This document shows, one piece after another, positions 47,644 through 53,144 of a stretch of DNA of 53,144 nucleotides. How positions within the stretch are numbered: position 1 is the first letter of the stretch; each line of letters opens with the position of its first letter. Below the pieces are notes generated by a model, which saw nothing but the letters and a program-made list of their open reading frames with translations, did no database searches and was not told the DNA's origin. The position numbers and the translations under genes were made by a program. Source of the stretch: Promethearchaeota archaeon (GTDB lineage Archaea > Asgardarchaeota > Lokiarchaeia > Sigyniarchaeales > SOKP01); assembly GCA_019894975.1 (NCBI GenBank), contig JAGXNO010000024.1, positions 1 to 53,144 on the forward strand, given 5' to 3'.

Positions 47644-48618
47644 TTAGAGATTTTGAATGGTTTTTACTGCAACTTCTATCATAGGATCACTTACAAACTG
47701 AGGAATAACACATCCGGGAGCAATTATTAATCCTGAACCTTTGAAGTTTGTGTATACGGAGGATATCATAGCTTCAAGTTCTGTAGGATCGGATATATCC
47801 TTCCAGGATTCTGCATTTAATCCTCCGAGAAGCCCTCCTTTAAAAATTTGCCTCGCTTCAGAAAGATTTGGCGTTGTTTGCTGATCATGCCAATTAATCG
47901 CATCTATAGGGAGTTTTGTTGCCAATTCGTAATCAGGATTGTCACCATGGAGATGAAGGACGATAAAATTATTCTTTTTTATGGTTTTTTTTATTAGGGA
48001 TTTCATAGGATTAAATGCTAATTCTAATCTTTCTTCATTGGTTAGTCTATTATTAAAATGCTGCGTGGCTAAGAATATGCCATTAGCACCCGCGTCTATT
48101 GAAGCTTTTGTAAAATCTGTCATAGCAGTTACAATTATCTTAAAATACTCCTTAATTAGTTGAGGATTCTCTCTGTAATGTAAAATTATATTGCGATCAA
48201 TTTGGGAGGCTACCATTAAAGGAGAAAAAACAGTCATCATTGTTGGTACTTTTCCATCAATTTCTTGGTGAACAAGTTCCATTGCTTTAATTTGATTACC
48301 ATATTCTCCACACTCTACATCAATGTTCTTAATATTCTCCCAACCCTCTATTTTCTCTATTGGATATTTCACGCAAATTCTAGAACCTGATGCGGGATCA
48401 TAGCCTCCCAATTCTGCTCCAAAATCAGAAGCAAAAGCACGACCGGAGATCGAGATTTTCATGATATCGGAATCATATTTTTTTTGAAAATCCATCTGTG
48501 CCTTTAGAAGTCCATCAGGAGTTTTATCGAATTCGGGGAAATGTTTCCAAATCGCATAGGGAACTCGCTCTGTAGGTTCTGCTTTAAATGCTTTTTTAAT
48601 TAGTTCGAATTTATCCAT
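47644..48618 (-). CDS. Uroporphyrinogen decarboxylase (URO-D/MtaA) family protein
   Basis: RVP..IW.HF, TVFSP, AGANGIFLA, LHLHG, INW, IIAPGCVI. Confidence 0.85.
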   Translation of the reverse strand: MDKFELIKKAFKAEPTERVPYAIWKHFPEFDKTPDGLLKAQMDFQKKYDSDIMKISISGRAFASDFGAELGGYDPASGSRICVKYPIEKIEGWENIKNIDVECGEYGNQIKAMELVHQEIDGKVPTMMTVFSPLMVASQIDRNIILHYRENPQLIKEYFKIIVTAMTDFTKASIDAGANGIFLATQHFNNRLTNEERLELAFNPMKSLIKKTIKKNNFIVLHLHGDNPDYELATKLPIDAINWHDQQTTPNLSEARQIFKGGLLGGLNAESWKDISDPTELEAMISSVYTNFKGSGLIIAPGCVIPQFVSDPMIEVAVKTIQNL

Positions 48619-48739
48619 TGTATTGTACTTTTTCCTACTATTTTTAAAACTCAGAGCTTTAATATTGTAAATGATCTCAATAGAATCTTTAAAAAACTTT
48701 TCTAAAAATTTTTAAACTTAACAACCTATATTAAAAATT

Positions 48740-49201
48740 ATGCCAGAAAGTATCAAATCATTAAAATTTGTATATGATTATGCTAAAAGTTTGTTTGAAA
48801 AACGAAAAGATAACCATTTTGAAGAATCCATGAAAAATTCATTATTTGAAAAAGAAGAAACAGCCATTAAGGTGTTTGTACATGCGGTCACCTTACTAAA
48901 TTGGGCTTCGAAAAAAACAATTAATCCGGATGCGGATAATAAGGAGATTGCAATAAACCTTGACCCTGAATCCACCGCACCTTTACATGAACAATTATTA
49001 GATTTGTTTAAAGTTGCTTTTGAAGCCTATGAAGAGGCAAGGAATAAATTTAAGGAAGAAGATCTTCAAACTACATTTAAATCCCCCTTTGGGAGAGAAA
49101 TGACATATGAAGATTGGTTTGGGTTCATCATCCATCACACAATAGGTCACATATATCAAACATTTAGACTACAAGCAATATACCTAAGACACAAGGTATA
49201 A
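48740..49201 (+). CDS. DinB/YfiT superfamily protein
   Basis: Four-helix pattern with His triad VFVH...IIHHTIGH. Confidence 0.78.
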   Translation: MPESIKSLKFVYDYAKSLFEKRKDNHFEESMKNSLFEKEETAIKVFVHAVTLLNWASKKTINPDADNKEIAINLDPESTAPLHEQLLDLFKVAFEAYEEARNKFKEEDLQTTFKSPFGREMTYEDWFGFIIHHTIGHIYQTFRLQAIYLRHKV

Positions 49202-49270
49202 TCTAATTATCATTTTTAATTCTTTATTTTCTTTTAGATATTAATAGAAAAGAGTATACAATCTGAAAAT

Positions 49271-49783
49271 ATGACATTTGAAATTATTAAAAAAGCATTA
49301 AATGAGCAGTATGGTGCTGCTATCGCTATGTTGGGCCATAATTTAAAAAGTTGTCCAAAAGAATTGTGGGATGATAGAACCAGTGGACCGCCATTTTGGC
49401 ATGTAGCTTATCACGCTATGTGGTTTTTGGATTGGTACCTTTCAGATTCATATAGCACCCGTGAAATATTCCAGTCGAAATTTGGTGACAAATCATCACA
49501 TTTTGAGCAATTAACAGTAGATAATATCAAAGATATAGTTTTAGCACCTAAACAACTAATTGAATACTTATCAGAAATTAAAGAAAAAGCCAAAAATAGG
49601 TTCGACAACATTACTTCAGATGCATTAATCCAACCTTCTGTCTTTGATTGGCATGGAAATAGTGTTTTAAGTTCATTACTTTATAACCTTCGTCACGTAA
49701 TGCTCCATATAGGGGCTCTTAATTTAAGACTCCATAGAAAAGGTGTGAAATTAGACAACTGGGTTACTCACCAAAGAATTTAG
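49271..49783 (+). CDS. DinB family protein
   Basis: CPKELW, FWHVAYH, YNLRHVMLHIGAL His triad. Confidence 0.88.
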   Translation: MTFEIIKKALNEQYGAAIAMLGHNLKSCPKELWDDRTSGPPFWHVAYHAMWFLDWYLSDSYSTREIFQSKFGDKSSHFEQLTVDNIKDIVLAPKQLIEYLSEIKEKAKNRFDNITSDALIQPSVFDWHGNSVLSSLLYNLRHVMLHIGALNLRLHRKGVKLDNWVTHQRI

Positions 49784-49860
49784 TTTCAAGTAATTTGGTT
49801 TAAATAAAATAAGATAAAAAAAAAAATTAAAAAGCTTCTCGTCCCTCTAGTTAAGATTGA

Positions 49861-50070
49861 CTAGAAATATTTAATTGCTAAAAGGATGTCGTCCCGAGTT
49901 ACTTTCTTGCGCTTTGAGTGCTTGGTTAAAGTTAATGCAGTTTTTGTAAGTTTTTCAGCTGATCGACTCATCCAATCAACTAATTCATTGACTGCATCAC
50001 GTGCTACGATTACGGCTCCATTGTGTTTCATTAATCTTCGAATAGGACTCCAACTAATATATTCTGACAT
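49861..50070 (-). CDS. Archaeal histone (HMf-like fold)
   Basis: PIRRLMK..GA..VARDAV...HSKRKKVTRDDI.LA; Shine-Dalgarno GGAGG upstream. Confidence 0.95.
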   Translation of the reverse strand: MSEYISWSPIRRLMKHNGAVIVARDAVNELVDWMSRSAEKLTKTALTLTKHSKRKKVTRDDILLAIKYF

Positions 50071-50664
50071 AATTTTTCCTCCACATTTTAATTAATTTGG
50101 TTAATCTCCTTAAAGATAAACCAATAGAATTCTTTTTATAAATTTTATTTTTAAAGAGTTTGTTATATATTGAAAGATCTTTTATCTATTTAAAGATTTA
50201 GATGCAATCTTAGTTTAATTCAGAAAAAAATAATAAAAGTTAAACGACAAAATTCAGAATTAGGAATATGATCAATCTCGTGTAAGTTTAGGATTTTTCA
50301 TGGAAAGTCAGCATTCGTTAAAAATTAATTGAGTTTTCCTAATTTAAAGATAATTTTTCTTCACATTAGATTATTACGATAATATATTTAAAGAAATAAA
50401 AAATTTGATTAAAAAGTGAGATGCTAGATATATAATTTTTATTACATATAAGAGTTGATGATTTTTTATAAATGGGGTATAACCATGTTAATTGGAAGAA
50501 AGTATCAATAGTTATGATCTAACTGGTTCATAAAATGGAAGATTTCACTACCTATTGACAGTGTTTTATCATATATCTGATTTTTTTTCTTTAAATTCAT
50601 AGAAATTTTTAAATAGTTCAAAGTAGATTATTAAATCACACAATTAAATTTCGAATCCAATAAT

Positions 50665-51402
50665 ATGAAATGCAAAAAAAAATTAGTAATTGTTTTTTTA
50701 ATACTAACGAGTTTGATCTTACCAATTACTCAATCGATTTTGACTAATGCCAAACTACAACCTGCTAATGGCGACGTAGAATGGGGTGTTAGAGAAGGTA
50801 GAACATATACTTGGATTGTTAAACAAACTAATGAAAGTTTAGGATTCCTCCCAGTGAGCTCTGAATTTGCAATTAATGTGACTTCTATAACAGCGTTAGG
50901 AGGAGGAACTGTTACCGAATTAAATGCTACAATTACGGTATATAACAGCTTAACTGAATTGACAACCACTCTTTTAGACAACGCAACATTTATTTATTTC
51001 GATTCTGCAACAAACACTACAACGCTTTATACTCAGGTTGATGATCACCCTTTATTTATACCTCCCGATTATAAATATCATTTTGCGGAAGGTTTAATGG
51101 GATTTTATGGGAGCTTCTTTTTTACTAAGGGATATTTATCTATAGAAAATATTTTTACTTTCTATGGTTATAAAACTTCCAATGATTTAGTATATATGTG
51201 GACATTTAATCAAAATGGTATTACAGATAATTTTATTTCTGTTGGCTTACATGATGATCCTGATGATCCTTCGGATTTTCAGTACTGGCTCGTTTTGAAA
51301 TCTGGATCTGATTCAATACCATTTGGGAATTTCTTCATGGTATTTATCGGATTTGCTATAATATCTCTCATCTTTATCAGTAAAAAGAAATTAAAGAACT
51401 AA
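50665..51402 (+). CDS. Secreted/surface protein with C-terminal IPFG-TM-basic sorting-like tail
   Basis: Signal peptide, WGV.EG.TYTW domain, SIPFGNFF + TM + KKKLK. Confidence 0.8.
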   Translation: MKCKKKLVIVFLILTSLILPITQSILTNAKLQPANGDVEWGVREGRTYTWIVKQTNESLGFLPVSSEFAINVTSITALGGGTVTELNATITVYNSLTELTTTLLDNATFIYFDSATNTTTLYTQVDDHPLFIPPDYKYHFAEGLMGFYGSFFFTKGYLSIENIFTFYGYKTSNDLVYMWTFNQNGITDNFISVGLHDDPDDPSDFQYWLVLKSGSDSIPFGNFFMVFIGFAIISLIFISKKKLKN

Positions 51403-51450
51403 GAATTATATTTTTTTTTATTTTTTGTATTTAGGTTTATGTTTCAGTAT

Positions 51451-52440
51451 TTACCATACAATTTGCTCATAATTACACTTTCTACATGTGACTTCTTCTC
51501 CTCTTTTAGGGAAAAAAGGAAGAACAGCTCCACAATATTTACATTCTAAATCATAAATCTGATCTAGAGATGTAACTAATTCACTTATTAAAATTTGCTC
51601 TTTAAACTCATTAGAAAACAAAGTTAAGAATGAGATGAGAACATGATGATTCTTAGAGGAACCGATTATTTCAACTTTATCTGATACTATTTGTCCAACG
51701 ACTAAGACGTCGTCTCTCGATTCTAAATCAGATCCGAAAAACCAGAGAATCTTTTTATCAGCATCCTTTGCGATTAATTGGAGATTGTTCCTTAAGAATA
51801 CTTGTTCTAAAATATTGAAATAGAATCCGGGGTCTCCCTTACTCAAAATTCCAACTCCAAGGCTAATAATTGCTCTTTTCATCCCAGGGATTTGAGAAAA
51901 CTCCCTGATATAGGAACTGGGGATTATTTTTGGATTAATGGTTATTTTGTCGAGAATAATACTTACAGGATCTGAATCTATAACTCTAACATAATCTTTA
52001 TTGTTCACATAAGAGACAATAGTTCTTATTTCTCCCTCATTACCTAATGATAGAGGAGCAAAATGGAGATTTATTTTTTTTGAACTTCTTTCATTCAATT
52101 CATCAAATTCAATATTAACTTTTGACATCCCCTCTTCCTCAAAAGATTCAGGGAGGTATAAAGTCGGAGGATAACTTCTTATTATAGTAAAAAACAGTGG
52201 AAAGCTAATTTTTACTTTTACCTCCGAAATTGGAGCTAAGCTTTCATTTGATAATTGAAGGGAAAGAACATAATGCCCCCCATAAGGTCTAAAATCGTTT
52301 AAAAGTTTTATTTTATCCTCTTGGTCGATTGTCTCAAATGTAAATTTATCAGACTTTTTAATTTTAGCTGCTTCTTTATTTTTAAAAAGAACAAGATCTT
52401 GGGGGGAATTCGATTCCGATTTTTGTTTTTTTCCAGGCAT
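51451..52440 (-). CDS. Adaptin-appendage-like (Ig/GAE + platform) protein with C-terminal zinc ribbon
   Basis: Beta-rich LSLQLSNESLAPISEVKVKI...INLHFAPL...IVSYVN, then an alpha/beta platform, then CKYCG...CRKCN. Start set at MPGKK (52440); the track's longer start (52515) runs through AT-rich sequence. Confidence 0.6.
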   Translation of the reverse strand: MPGKKQKSESNSPQDLVLFKNKEAAKIKKSDKFTFETIDQEDKIKLLNDFRPYGGHYVLSLQLSNESLAPISEVKVKISFPLFFTIIRSYPPTLYLPESFEEEGMSKVNIEFDELNERSSKKINLHFAPLSLGNEGEIRTIVSYVNNKDYVRVIDSDPVSIILDKITINPKIIPSSYIREFSQIPGMKRAIISLGVGILSKGDPGFYFNILEQVFLRNNLQLIAKDADKKILWFFGSDLESRDDVLVVGQIVSDKVEIIGSSKNHHVLISFLTLFSNEFKEQILISELVTSLDQIYDLECKYCGAVLPFFPKRGEEVTCRKCNYEQIVW

Positions 52441-52580
52441 TTTGATTGAAGAAAAATTATGTCTGTTACTTACGCAATTGAATTTCAATATTTTTGATAA
52501 ATAATAATACACCAAATTGATTTATATTTTTTAATATTAATTTTTTTACTACAAATACTTATTTATACTTGAATGTAGTG

Positions 52581-53144
52581 ATGTTTGAAGAATTAGATTC
52601 TTTGCTAGAATCACCTACTATAAGACCAACGTTTGAAAAAGTCCATGTTATTTTAGCTTTATTCATATTTGCTGAAAACCGTGAAGGTATTGGAAGGTAT
52701 CGCCTTCAAAAGGAACTATTGGTAGGGGAAGGAACGGCTAAATCTTTAATTAAAAAATTAAATAAAGATATCAGCTTCATTATGGTCATGACTGAAACGA
52801 AAAGAAAGGGGCATATCTTAACCCAAGAGGGGATAAATTATTTACAGAGAATTAAAAAAGTTATCCCAATTATTAAAGAATGTGAAACGTCATTACTTAA
52901 AGAGATAATCATTGAAGCCGAAGGAACATTCACGTATTTTTGTTTAGTTAAGAATGCTCTTAATAAAATTACTGATGGGGTTAGCCAAAGAGATGCTGCC
53001 ATTAAAGTAGATGGTTCTGGAGCAACTTGTTTAGTATATGATGGTGAGAAGTTAGTTTTTCCTTCTAAAAAACCGTTAGTAAATATCGAGGCAGATATGA
53101 TTGTGAACGACAGTCTTTACAGATTCTTTAAATCAGGATTATCT
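52581..53144 (+). CDS. wHTH + DUF4443-like archaeal protein, 3'-truncated
   Basis: MFEELDSLLESPTIRPTF...GIGRYRLQKELLVGEGTAKSLIKKL...GHILTQEG...DGVSQRDAAIKVDGSGAT; open to the window end and not in the ORF track. Confidence 0.8.
   Translation, partial: MFEELDSLLESPTIRPTFEKVHVILALFIFAENREGIGRYRLQKELLVGEGTAKSLIKKLNKDISFIMVMTETKRKGHILTQEGINYLQRIKKVIPIIKECETSLLKEIIIEAEGTFTYFCLVKNALNKITDGVSQRDAAIKVDGSGATCLVYDGEKLVFPSKKPLVNIEADMIVNDSLYRFFKSGLS

Noticed and set aside
50071-50664. ~600-bp AT-rich intergenic region as ncRNA, origin or CRISPR leader
   Set aside because: No repeats, ORB-like boxes, GC-rich stems or credible ORF seen; likely divergent promoters.

Overview
AT-rich archaeal chromosomal segment, most consistent with an Asgard archaeon of the Lokiarchaeia type. 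Support: archaeal histone, ftr, intron-containing tRNA, Rag- and Arf-like small GTPases, longin/uDENN-like proteins and a eukaryote-type SECIS. About 50 CDSs; no CRISPR, rRNA or mobile element recognised. Highlights: (1) a longin/uDENN domain with an FLCN/SMCR8-like 'ARG' arginine-finger motif fused to PAS-GAF-PAS sensor domains, next to an Arf-like and a Rag-like GTPase (candidate sensor-controlled GAP system); (2) a bacillithiol-like operon (GT2 + BshB1 + BshC-like) where a GT2 stands in place of BshA, near two DinB-family proteins and an MBL hydrolase (candidate new archaeal thiol); (3) a Prx-like selenoprotein missed by the ORF track, with a UxxU motif and a 3'-UTR AUGA/AAA/GA SECIS; (4) a tRNA-His with two BHB introns; (5) a C13 (legumain/GPI8-like) peptidase next to a PGF-CTERM-like protein; (6) a 1468-aa prenyltransferase-barrel/coiled-coil/PCI-like membrane protein. 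All family calls come from motif recognition by eye; no database search was run.
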